The notes beneath the pieces were generated by a model that saw only the letters and a list, made by a program, of their open reading frames with translations, did no database searches and had not been told where the DNA came from. 64,000 nt of DNA from the IMG/VR virus record IMGVR_UViG_3300024518_000034, positions 128,309 to 192,308 of that record, one strand, 5' to 3'. Every line of letters begins with the position of its first letter. The stretch's first letter is position 1. Both the position numbers and the translations under genes were made by a program. Shown in pieces: positions 8,636 through 17,965 of this stretch. This stretch comes from a virus.

Positions 8636-11107
8636 GTGATGGTGGAATATAAAGAAAGCGAAGTAATTGAGGCGACAAAAGCATATTTTAACGGGGATGA
8701 ACTGGCTACGAGTGTGTGGGTAAATAAGTATGCCTTGAGAGATAAGGAAGGAAGGTGGCTAGAGAAGACTCCAGAAGAGATGCATATGAGGCTGGCAAAA
8801 GAGCTAGCTAGAATAGAAAAGAAATATCCTAACCCTATGGGCGAGGACACAATTTTTGGTTTATTAGATAGATATGAACACATTGTGTTACAGGGCTCAC
8901 CGATGAGTGGAATAGGTAATGATCATCAAGTACAGAGTCTTTCAAATTGTTTTACAATAGCTCCACCATACGATTCTTATGGAGGAATATTAAAGACAGA
9001 CCAGGAAATGGTTCAGTTGATGAAACGTCGCGGTGGTGTAGGTTTTGATATGTCAAATATTAGACCTAAAGATATGATGACAAACAATGCAGCTAGAACT
9101 ACAGATGGGATAGCTTGCTTTTTGGAGAGATATTCAAATTCTACTAGAGAGGTAGCACAGAATGGTAGACGTGGAGCGTTGATGCTCACTATATCAATTC
9201 ATCACCCAGAAATAAGAACCTTTATAAACATCAAAAGAGATCTTACAAAAGTGACAGGCGCTAACATGAGTATCAGAATAACTGATGAATTTATGAAGGC
9301 TGCAAAGAATGATGAAGAGTTTGAATTGTATTGGCCACTGGATGGATCAGAGAAAAAGATCAGTATGGTGGTGAAGGCCAAAGAAATATGGGACGAGATA
9401 GTATCATCAGCTAGAGATATGGCAGAACCAGGACTTATCTTCTGGGATACTGTATTAAATAATTCTCCAGCAGACTCATACGCAGACGATGGTTTTGAAA
9501 CAATAAGCTGCAATCCTTGTAGTGAAATAATGTTGTCGGCTTATGACAGTTGTAGGTTGATTCTTTTAAATTTAACATCATATGTAGACAATCCATATGC
9601 TGGAAGTTCTGAGTTCAATTATGAAGCTTTTGCTAACCATGTTCAGAAAGCCCAAAGAATGATGGATGATCTTGTTGACTTAGAAATAGAGAAGATAGAT
9701 AAGATTATAAAAAAGATTGAGAATGATCCTGAGCCAAGGTATATAAAAGAAACAGAAATTGCTTTATGGACAAAAATAAAGAATTCGTGCTTAGGAGGAA
9801 GGAGAACAGGGCTGGGTATTACTGGTCTGGGAGATACTATTGCGGCTCTAGAAATGACTTACGGTTCACCTCAATCCATTGAAGTAACAGAAAAAATATA
9901 TAAGGCTTTAGCATTAAATGCTTACAGGTCTTCTTGTATTTTAGCCGAAGAGAGAGGCGCTTTTTCTGTATGGAATAAGGACAAGGAAAAAGATAATAAC
10001 TTCTTAAATAGATTATTTGAGGCAGATCCAGAGCTAAAAGAAAAGATGCAAAAGTATGGAAGAAGAAATATAGCCATTCTTACTACAGCACCATGTGGAT
10101 CTACTAGTACTCAAACGCAGACTTCTTCAGGGATCGAACCAGTTTTCCTTCTTAAATATACCAGAAGAAGAAAACTAAGTGATAACGACATTGATAGTAG
10201 AGTAGACTTTGTAGATGATTTAAATGATAAATGGCAGGAATATGAAGTTTATCATCATGGTCTTGAAAAGTGGATGGAAATAACAGAGAATGAAAACGTT
10301 GAAGAATCCCCATATTGGCACGCTACGGCGAACGATGTAGAGTGGAGCGATAGGGTCCAACTTCAAGCTGGAGCGCAAAAGTGGATAGACCATGCGATTT
10401 CGTCAACCTGTAATCTACCATCAGATATAACAGATGAAGAGGTTAGTAACATCTATTTTGCAGCCTGGGAAGAGGGCTGTAAGGGATTTACAGTATATCG
10501 TGAAGGGTGTAGGACCGGAGTAATTATCGATAAAGACAAGGAGGAAAAGAAGGAAGAATCTAGAAAAGGAAACAAGAGAAAAAAACTACCAATGGATAGG
10601 GTGGCTATTACTCATAAATTTAGTATAGGAGGACACACGGGATTTTTGACAGTAGGATTTTATGCTGACGGTAAGATAGGAGAGGTGTTTGTTAGGATGT
10701 CCAAGGCTGGATCTACTATAAACGGACTATTAGATTCATGGGCTAAGGCTACATCCATGCTATTACAGCACGATGTAAGCTTAGATGAGATAGTGGACAA
10801 TTTTGAAGGAGTAGCATTTGAACCAGCAGGGTTTACTAGTTGTAAGAATGTGCCTACAGCTAGAAGTGCAATAGATTATATAGTAAAAATATTAAAACAG
10901 AGATTTATTATAGGTAGAGGCGTAAACATGGACTTCGATTTATTCTTTGATAAGGATTTAACGTCAAAACCGCAAAATGAGAACGAGGGTACGATGGTGC
11001 CATATTCTATAGACTCCCCGCCATGTAGGAATTGTGGAGCAATGATGCATAAAGTTGGAGGTTGTTATATGTGCCCATCTTGTGGAGAAACAGGCAGTTG
11101 TGGGTAA
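8636..11107 (+). CDS. nrdJ: class II (adenosylcobalamin-dependent) ribonucleotide reductase with C-terminal TSCPD/Zn-ribbon domain
   Basis: SLSNCF, RRGGGVG, NPCSEI, RRTGLG, TAPCGST, AQKWIDHAISSTCN, GCKGFTVYREG and terminal CPSCGETGSCG. Confidence 0.93.
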   Translation: MMVEYKESEVIEATKAYFNGDELATSVWVNKYALRDKEGRWLEKTPEEMHMRLAKELARIEKKYPNPMGEDTIFGLLDRYEHIVLQGSPMSGIGNDHQVQSLSNCFTIAPPYDSYGGILKTDQEMVQLMKRRGGVGFDMSNIRPKDMMTNNAARTTDGIACFLERYSNSTREVAQNGRRGALMLTISIHHPEIRTFINIKRDLTKVTGANMSIRITDEFMKAAKNDEEFELYWPLDGSEKKISMVVKAKEIWDEIVSSARDMAEPGLIFWDTVLNNSPADSYADDGFETISCNPCSEIMLSAYDSCRLILLNLTSYVDNPYAGSSEFNYEAFANHVQKAQRMMDDLVDLEIEKIDKIIKKIENDPEPRYIKETEIALWTKIKNSCLGGRRTGLGITGLGDTIAALEMTYGSPQSIEVTEKIYKALALNAYRSSCILAEERGAFSVWNKDKEKDNNFLNRLFEADPELKEKMQKYGRRNIAILTTAPCGSTSTQTQTSSGIEPVFLLKYTRRRKLSDNDIDSRVDFVDDLNDKWQEYEVYHHGLEKWMEITENENVEESPYWHATANDVEWSDRVQLQAGAQKWIDHAISSTCNLPSDITDEEVSNIYFAAWEEGCKGFTVYREGCRTGVIIDKDKEEKKEESRKGNKRKKLPMDRVAITHKFSIGGHTGFLTVGFYADGKIGEVFVRMSKAGSTINGLLDSWAKATSMLLQHDVSLDEIVDNFEGVAFEPAGFTSCKNVPTARSAIDYIVKILKQRFIIGRGVNMDFDLFFDKDLTSKPQNENEGTMVPYSIDSPPCRNCGAMMHKVGGCYMCPSCGETGSCG

Positions 11108-11160
11108 AGATAAACTATGAGTGCTTAACCATAGTCTTAATTTAGCAAAATTTCATTGAA

Positions 11161-11192
11161 GGGATAGCAGAATATTCTGTTATCCCTTTTTT
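11161..11192 (+). terminator. intrinsic terminator after nrdJ
   Basis: GGGATAGCAGA/TCTGTTATCCC stem followed by a T run. Confidence 0.8.
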
Positions 11193-11225
11193 ATTTGATA
11201 CTATTGTACTTGTGAGGAGTTTTAT

Positions 11226-11744
11226 ATGGATTTGAAGGCTTTAGAGAAGCTTAAAGTTAAGATGATTATAAGGACAGCACAAGGACCACAAGGCGGTGCC
11301 CCTGGCGCAGGCCCAGGACCAGCAGCTAGTCCCTTTGCCGGTCCCATGCCAGGTATGGGAGGCGCTCCAGGTGGACAGCCACCAGGAGGCGTGCCGCCCA
11401 GTGGCGCTGGCGCGGGTGGAGGTGGAGTACCAATGGCACCCCCTGCTCCGCAAAACCCAGGGGCTGTTCACCCAGAATCGCCTGCGGGAGATCAAACGAC
11501 ACCGAAAGGTAGAGAGGCTGAAGTGAGAGGTTCTTTAGAACAATTTAGAAATTGTATATTGGACCTAGCTCAAAAAGTATATGAAATTCCAATCACAGAA
11601 GATCAGTTAAAGGACATAGCAGAAAGAATGATACAAACTTTTTCAGATAGAATAAACGAAATCACGGTTGACCGAGTAATTGATATTGGTCACGACTTAA
11701 TTGGTGGATATAGAAGTCCATATGAAAGAAAGCGCAGGAGATAA
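11226..11744 (+). CDS. hypothetical protein with Gly/Pro-rich N-terminal half (head module)
   Basis: RBS GAGGAG, first gene of head block. Confidence 0.7.
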   Translation: MDLKALEKLKVKMIIRTAQGPQGGAPGAGPGPAASPFAGPMPGMGGAPGGQPPGGVPPSGAGAGGGGVPMAPPAPQNPGAVHPESPAGDQTTPKGREAEVRGSLEQFRNCILDLAQKVYEIPITEDQLKDIAERMIQTFSDRINEITVDRVIDIGHDLIGGYRSPYERKRRR

Positions 11745-11750
11745 ATAAAT

Positions 11751-12659
11751 ATGTCTAGAGCAGAAACTAGTATTAAGAAACAGATATCAGATATGACATT
11801 GTTGAATCAACTTAATGACAAATATCTAGATACGACTGGCGCAGAAACAGTCGAAAGAAAAGGAACTGTAAGAAGTATGCGTCACGCTATGCGCAGAAAT
11901 ATCGCTGATGCTGGCAGTGGAAATCTATATGTTAATACGTTAGATGGTCAAATGCTTAAGGCTCTTGCAGGATTAACAGGGGCAGCTACAGCTTCAGATA
12001 TGATCTTAGCAGTTAGAGGCGTAGTGACTGGCAGTGCAACATCGTTTGCAGATGATAGCCCAGATTCAGATATTTCATCAAGATCACTAAAACACTTTTT
12101 GTCTGATGTAACAGTACTTAAATCAAATGGTCATTATTACATTGACGACTATGGGATGACAACATTGTTTAGACCAACAGTTGTTAAAGACCTTAAAAAG
12201 GGCTTGAGAAGAGTTGTGGGAGATAATGGTGATGGGACGTTTAGACTGTTGACGGTTACGGGTGACGCAGTAAGCGCACTTTCAGCAGTTACAGCACCAG
12301 TTACAGCAGTTAAGATTTTAGCAGCAATCAATTCAGTGGTTATAGATTCATCAACATCAGCTACAACAAAAATTGATGAAACTACTAGGCCATCAGTGTC
12401 AGCCAGACAGATCTTTCAGAAGGCTTTGAGAAAAGTCGGTGGAAGTAATAGAGTAGTAAGAATAGATAATGTCGGCCATGACTCTGGCGTTGCTGGACTA
12501 AGATATAGTAATAGAAAAATGCTGTACGATGCATTAGCCACAGATGGTAGTAATATTAATACGGTCAGTGGTGACGCATTGGCAGCTATTGCATTATTAG
12601 ATGAAGGCTCAGCAAGCTTTGCAGACATTGTGTCGGCAGTAGCAGCGGCAATTGTCTAA
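11751..12659 (+). CDS. putative virion protein with three internal repeats
   Basis: NTLDGQMLKALAGL / LTVTGDAVSALSAV / NTVSGDALAAIALL recur at about 100 aa spacing. Confidence 0.65.
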   Translation: MSRAETSIKKQISDMTLLNQLNDKYLDTTGAETVERKGTVRSMRHAMRRNIADAGSGNLYVNTLDGQMLKALAGLTGAATASDMILAVRGVVTGSATSFADDSPDSDISSRSLKHFLSDVTVLKSNGHYYIDDYGMTTLFRPTVVKDLKKGLRRVVGDNGDGTFRLLTVTGDAVSALSAVTAPVTAVKILAAINSVVIDSSTSATTKIDETTRPSVSARQIFQKALRKVGGSNRVVRIDNVGHDSGVAGLRYSNRKMLYDALATDGSNINTVSGDALAAIALLDEGSASFADIVSAVAAAIV

Positions 12660-13023
12660 TATGGACGTTTTCAATCAAATAGCCCAAGCACAAAATGAGG
12701 GGGAAATAAGAAGGGCTATTGATAATTGGTTTCTTTTTGGAGATCAAAGCCAAGACGCTGAATATGTTATTCCGCATATAGTAGAGCATCTAAAAAAGGT
12801 TAAAGAATATTCTTATTACTTACAAAATACGGGCGTGGAACAACATGTACTGCACCACTTAAACAACTCAATAGCTGAAGTTGAGAAAGTGATGTCTCAC
12901 ATACATGAAACTTTAGAGAGAAGAAAACAAGAAGCTTATAATAGTAGTTACGATCATGGAAATTTGAGCGATGAAGAATTGAAACAGAAAGTAATAGATA
13001 AGCTTCACGGTGTGATTGGGTAA
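12652..13023 (+). CDS. hypothetical protein
   Basis: Coupled ORF between structural genes. Confidence 0.6.
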   Translation: MSNMDVFNQIAQAQNEGEIRRAIDNWFLFGDQSQDAEYVIPHIVEHLKKVKEYSYYLQNTGVEQHVLHHLNNSIAEVEKVMSHIHETLERRKQEAYNSSYDHGNLSDEELKQKVIDKLHGVIG

Positions 13024-13025
13024 AT

Positions 13026-14894
13026 ATGGCAAAAAAAGTATTAGTAAGAAAAAATAGAACAGCGGAACCACCTCATAATGACAGAGTAATCGTTAGTATG
13101 GGGAGAGGTAGAGATAATCTAATTACTAATAATTTAGATTCAGAGTTTAGATCTGCGAGAAGAGGCGATCCACACGTTCCGCAAAGAAGATCTCCTACTG
13201 TAAACGTATCTTCGCTGCCAGGTAATATGCAGAGCGAGATGAAAAGAAGAGCCCAGGGTGGTGGTGCCCAAGGTGTATTTGGTTCCTTCTTTTCACCATT
13301 TAGAATTCGCCCATCCATTGAGTCTCCGACAAAGCGTAAGGATTTAAATGAATGGTATAGATACTATTTCAAGCATGATCCAATTGTTGGAACGGCTATA
13401 GATCTGCACTCAACATTCCCTCTGAGTAGATTTTCAGTAGAACATGATGATCCAGAAGTAGCTGAATTTTTCAACGATATGGTAGAAGAGTTGAACTTGC
13501 AGGAATTTTTGATACAAATGAGTATTGAATATTTTGTGGTAGGTGAGGCTTTCCCGTTTGGATTTTTAGATGATGTAAAGGATCCAACAAGATGGACTAA
13601 ATTCATTCTATTGGATCCTGACAAGATTAGAATAAATCACCACGTATTTGCATCAGGAGAAGGGTCAGGATATACAATTAAGTTGCAACCTGACGCTGAC
13701 TTACTTACGATAGTAGAGCGAGGACCGAATGATCCAGCTACAGGTCCATTATTTAAAGCATTACCTGGTGATATAATTGAATACGTAAAACAAAGAAAAG
13801 ATATACCTCTAGATCCACTACAGGCATCACACTTTAAAAGATCAACTAACTACTTAAATGTAAGAGGCGAAAGCATTTTGAGTAGAATTATTCAGGATCT
13901 AATGTATCTTGACAAATTAAGAGATGCACAGTGGGCTATCGCTGATAGACACATCACTCCTAAGGAATTTTATCTAATTGGAGAACCAGACAATCCAGCA
14001 GATGATTCAGAAATTGCAGCTTTCCAAAGTATTCTTGCTACACAGTGGCAATCACCCAACCAAGCATACGTGTGGCACCACGCAGTTAAGATTCAGTGGG
14101 AAGGTGCCTCAGGTAGAATCTTACCATTGCAGCCTGAATTCGACTTTATAGAAAGAAGAATACTTTCTGGATTGGGAATAAATAAGTCTATGCTTTCAGG
14201 TGAAGGACCATCTTATAGTAATGCAAGTGTGGCTATGGATGTTCTAATTGGTAGATATATGCTTTACAGAGAGAAGATGGAACAGTGGTTGCTTGAGTCT
14301 GTATTTAAGCCATTATGTAGAATGCATGGAATATATAAGACTTCAAAGAAAGAAGTAAGCAATAGAATTAAAATGAAGAAGAGAAGGAAATTGCCAGACC
14401 TTCCACGTATCAGTTGGGACAAGTCACAGTTGAGAGACGAGATGACAAAGATTATGCTATACGAGAGATTGGTACAACAGGGAATTATACCAAGAAAGCA
14501 GCTTTACAGTATATTGAATATGAGTCCAAAACAGATGAGAGAAGAATTCTACGATCAGAAGAAAGAGGATTTGGAAGATCAAAAGAAAGTACAGGAAATG
14601 ACGAACCAGATGTCTGGCGGGCAAGCTGGTGGAAACTTACCATCTATGGGCGGTCCAGGCGGCATGCCAGGTGGATTAGGAGGATTATTTGGAGGAGGTG
14701 GAGGACCAGCAGGCGGCATGGGCGCACCGACAGCGGGCCTTCCAGGTGGAACATTAGGTGGAGGCCCAGGAGGATTATCAATGAATAAACCATTGCCTGG
14801 CGCACCAGGAGGATCACCAGCGGGAGGAATAACTAGTCCGATGGGCGGTGGCCCAATGAGGCCACCAGGAGCGGCTCGACCGCCAGGAACTTAA
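13026..14894 (+). CDS. portal protein with Gly/Pro-rich C-terminal tail
   Basis: WYRYYFKHDPIVGTAIDLH, EYFVVGEAFPF, RGESIL motifs, size and position upstream of protease and capsid genes. Confidence 0.8.
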   Translation: MAKKVLVRKNRTAEPPHNDRVIVSMGRGRDNLITNNLDSEFRSARRGDPHVPQRRSPTVNVSSLPGNMQSEMKRRAQGGGAQGVFGSFFSPFRIRPSIESPTKRKDLNEWYRYYFKHDPIVGTAIDLHSTFPLSRFSVEHDDPEVAEFFNDMVEELNLQEFLIQMSIEYFVVGEAFPFGFLDDVKDPTRWTKFILLDPDKIRINHHVFASGEGSGYTIKLQPDADLLTIVERGPNDPATGPLFKALPGDIIEYVKQRKDIPLDPLQASHFKRSTNYLNVRGESILSRIIQDLMYLDKLRDAQWAIADRHITPKEFYLIGEPDNPADDSEIAAFQSILATQWQSPNQAYVWHHAVKIQWEGASGRILPLQPEFDFIERRILSGLGINKSMLSGEGPSYSNASVAMDVLIGRYMLYREKMEQWLLESVFKPLCRMHGIYKTSKKEVSNRIKMKKRRKLPDLPRISWDKSQLRDEMTKIMLYERLVQQGIIPRKQLYSILNMSPKQMREEFYDQKKEDLEDQKKVQEMTNQMSGGQAGGNLPSMGGPGGMPGGLGGLFGGGGGPAGGMGAPTAGLPGGTLGGGPGGLSMNKPLPGAPGGSPAGGITSPMGGGPMRPPGAARPPGT

Positions 14895-14906
14895 CGAGGA
14901 GATAGT

Positions 14907-15482
14907 ATGAAAAAAACTGAAAAACTGATGAGTGCAGCGGGAATGTTACTTATCTTAACAATTGTATTGTCTAGCTTAACTTTGTCGCACCAGGCGGTGA
15001 AGAAAATAGGAGTACAAAAGAAAGAGTCAACACAGTTAGTATCGCCAAAGGCTTTTAAACCACACTACATTAGAGTAGCAATGGTATATGAAGGTTTGGT
15101 TCATCAACGTTATCTCCTGAAAAAGGAAATGTTGGACAAGTATGATGTTACATTCATTGGAAGATCAATGGTTTTGGGGCATGAAAAAGCTGACCCAGAT
15201 AGAGTAGTTGGAAGAATTATAGCAGCAGATCTTAGATATGATAAAAAGTTAAAAAAGTATTATGTGGAAGGGATAGTGAAGGTTTTAAGTGAAGAGGCAG
15301 TTAAGAAGATTAAGTTGGGATTGTACTATCATGTAAGTATTAGTTGGGAAATTTTAGAAAGGCGGGGTCAAGTAGTAACAAAAATAGAGGGGATAGAAGT
15401 GTCAATCGTTGGAGCGGCAGCTTCTAGGCATGCTAGAATTTTAGAGATAAGTCAAGAAGAGTTGAAACTAAGTAAGAGGTAA
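14907..15482 (+). CDS. HK97-type prohead protease-like protein with N-terminal hydrophobic segment
   Basis: VLGHEKADPDRVVGRI (His), GLYYHVSISW (Ser), EVSIVGAAASRHARI, and N-terminal AAGMLLILTIVLSSLTL. Confidence 0.55.
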   Translation: MKKTEKLMSAAGMLLILTIVLSSLTLSHQAVKKIGVQKKESTQLVSPKAFKPHYIRVAMVYEGLVHQRYLLKKEMLDKYDVTFIGRSMVLGHEKADPDRVVGRIIAADLRYDKKLKKYYVEGIVKVLSEEAVKKIKLGLYYHVSISWEILERRGQVVTKIEGIEVSIVGAAASRHARILEISQEELKLSKR

Positions 15483-15607
15483 TAAGAAAATGGCAATGAG
15501 AAAAATAGTGGCGGGTAAAGTAAAGTATATTGGTAATGAGGCACCTAAACCTTGTTGCCCTATTTCTGATAAAATTATAAAAGAGTCATTGAAAGAAAAA
15601 GAGAAAA

Positions 15608-15994
15608 GTGACGATGAAACCACAGAAAAAAAAGATAAGCATACTAAGTAGATTTCATTCTGCGCAAGAACAGAAGAAGGTAAATGCTGCGTGGCCACCT
15701 ACTGGTCCTTTTAGAGATTTAGGACCAGCAACAGGCTACGAACAGCAATGGGAGGCAGAGGAAAAGGAGCGTTCTCGCCAGCAGCAATTGGAAAGACAAA
15801 AAACAAAAGAACAGAATCCAAGAGAAGTTGAAGAAGTTCAAGAAACTCCTGGGTCAGACATATATCAAGACCCTTTATATACAGCATATGAAAAAATGTT
15901 AGGATCTGATATTCTTGGGCCAGAAGAGAAGCAAGCGGTAGAACAGGTTTATAATGAATGGAAACAGCGTATAGTAGATATTGGTAGTATGTAG
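15608..15994 (+). CDS. hypothetical protein
   Basis: 128 aa ORF in head block. Confidence 0.55.
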   Translation: MTMKPQKKKISILSRFHSAQEQKKVNAAWPPTGPFRDLGPATGYEQQWEAEEKERSRQQQLERQKTKEQNPREVEEVQETPGSDIYQDPLYTAYEKMLGSDILGPEEKQAVEQVYNEWKQRIVDIGSM

Positions 15995-16005
15995 GAGATA
16001 AAATT

Positions 16006-16890
16006 ATGGCAATGTTTAAAACTTGTAAAGCAAAAGTAAAAAGAGTAGACCCCAAACTCTGTGGAAATAGGACGGCACAAGGCTCTAATGACATTTTCAA
16101 ATGCACGGGACACTGTGTAGGCTGTTACGGAGGGTGCAGGCCTATTTCCAATATAAGAATGGCAGCTTCAGGAAAGAAGGTATGTGAAGTTGATCCTGAC
16201 TACATGTATGTCCATGTTTCTGGTTTACATGGAAGTCAGAAGTGTGCTAACAAAGACCATCCAGGTTATGGGCAATTTTCAGGAAACTCAAATGGAGACT
16301 TCTTTTGGTGGAACCAAACACTGTTGGCATATAATGATAGATTTGGTATGAGAGCTTTTGAAACATGGAGAGGTAAAGATAATTTAGAAAATCATGATGA
16401 GAGCCAAGTGATAGGTGATATACCAGATGTGTGGCCATCTATTAGAGATAAGAGTATTGACATGCTGATAAGAACTTCAAAAAGAAGAGCGTGGTCTATT
16501 TGTGAAAGCGTTAGAAAAGGATCTGTGACAGACGTATCAATGGGTACTTTAGTAAATTATAGTTTATGTTCGATTTGTGCTAATAAGGCAGAAACAGAAG
16601 AAGAGTGGTGTGACCATTTGCAGTATGCCAAGGGTCAGTTCTTACCAATCAGCGAACTATCATTGAAAGATAAGATGGAGTTTCCTCAGGGTAAGTGGAG
16701 TTATGAAGATAATAGAGATATCTATGGAATAGAAACCTCATGGATTACGGTAGGTGAGGGAGCAGATGAGGATGCTATAGTTAAGAATTTGATTGCAGGA
16801 ATAGATGCACCAATGGGAAAGCAATTTGCAAGTAAGAAAAATCAAAGTCTTGCAGACATGTATTGGGCAAAGTTTGGTAAACAACACTAG
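16006..16890 (+). CDS. prohead (maturation) protease of jumbo-phage type
   Basis: NSNGDFF, NHD...IGDI, VTDVSMGT, CSICANKA....WCDHL, IETSWI. Confidence 0.7.
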   Translation: MAMFKTCKAKVKRVDPKLCGNRTAQGSNDIFKCTGHCVGCYGGCRPISNIRMAASGKKVCEVDPDYMYVHVSGLHGSQKCANKDHPGYGQFSGNSNGDFFWWNQTLLAYNDRFGMRAFETWRGKDNLENHDESQVIGDIPDVWPSIRDKSIDMLIRTSKRRAWSICESVRKGSVTDVSMGTLVNYSLCSICANKAETEEEWCDHLQYAKGQFLPISELSLKDKMEFPQGKWSYEDNRDIYGIETSWITVGEGADEDAIVKNLIAGIDAPMGKQFASKKNQSLADMYWAKFGKQH

Positions 16891-16900
16891 GGGATTATAA

Positions 16901-17965
16901 ATGGCAAAAGTTAGAAGTAGAGTAGGAAGAAGTGCGTTAGGCAATGCGTCCACTAGACGTAGTAATGGTTTCAGAGAGAAGAAATCTGATATTGGTGAAA
17001 AATATCAAATTCTTCAGAAAGGCGGAAAGATTAATTTTCCAGTAGAACCTGAAGAAAGAGAAAGAATACACGCGCAGGAATACCTAGAGGCACAGTTTGA
17101 GGATGGACATGGAAGAGCAAGAGAATACGTGGGAAGAAAAGGTGAAGACTACAAGGCTGATACGCCAAAACAGGCTTTAGAATTGTTTCATAGGGAAAAG
17201 ATAAGTAAGAGTGAACTTCCAATTATAGCATTTACACTTGGTCTTATAAACGATCCAGACGATTGTTCAGTAAATAAAGCGCTTAATAGTCTTAAGCAGG
17301 CGTCGGAAGGACAAGTGGTGGTCGAAGAAGGATTAGAAGAATTAGTAAGACAAAATACCGGACTGGCTTCTAGTAAAAATCAGAAGCGTAGAAAAGGTAA
17401 AAAGAAAGCGCCTTTGATGACACCCGAGGAAAGATTAGAATATCAGAGAAAAGCCAAAAAAAGAATGAAAGAAGCTAAGAAAAAAGAACTGGTTTTGACA
17501 GGAAAGCCAAAAGTTAGATTTAAAAAGAAAGTCAAGGGGCAGTATAGCAATGAGGCTTATACTGGTAATGGCGGTAGCAGACCAGGAACTCACACTGAGG
17601 AAGATACACAAATAGAGGAAAAAGGAGAATCGACGCGATACGATGAGCGTCAGCGTAAGTTACTTAAGAAAAAGAACTTACAACCAAAATCAGACACAGA
17701 TGGTGCAGTAGAACAATTTAGTGTTGAAGATCCGCGCAATGAAGGATTGAAATCAGCTATGAAAAATATATCATCTGAATTGGATTCTTTGTCAGTATCT
17801 GATTTACAAGATATTAAAGAACAAGTATCTTTTTTAATAGAAAATAATGCAAAAAGCTCTATTGTAGTTAGTGAAGACACTATGCAAATGCCTTCACCTG
17901 AAGACATTGCAGAACAAATAGAGTATCCAGAATTAGTGGACGATTTGAGGAGTAATTTTAATTAA
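16901..17965 (+). CDS. hypothetical head-module protein
   Basis: 354 aa highly charged ORF between protease and scaffold-like gene. Confidence 0.65.
   Translation: MAKVRSRVGRSALGNASTRRSNGFREKKSDIGEKYQILQKGGKINFPVEPEERERIHAQEYLEAQFEDGHGRAREYVGRKGEDYKADTPKQALELFHREKISKSELPIIAFTLGLINDPDDCSVNKALNSLKQASEGQVVVEEGLEELVRQNTGLASSKNQKRRKGKKKAPLMTPEERLEYQRKAKKRMKEAKKKELVLTGKPKVRFKKKVKGQYSNEAYTGNGGSRPGTHTEEDTQIEEKGESTRYDERQRKLLKKKNLQPKSDTDGAVEQFSVEDPRNEGLKSAMKNISSELDSLSVSDLQDIKEQVSFLIENNAKSSIVVSEDTMQMPSPEDIAEQIEYPELVDDLRSNFN

Noticed and set aside
8636-11107. Intein or intron in nrdJ
   Set aside because: Length and motif spacing fit an uninterrupted class II enzyme, and no intein splice-junction motifs or endonuclease insert were seen.
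14414-14788. Alternative-frame + strand ORF inside the portal 3' end (also 11296..11526, 25951..26411, 27744..28360, 62731..63072)
   Set aside because: These are by-products of low-complexity or GC-rich coding sequence in another frame, with no independent start signals.
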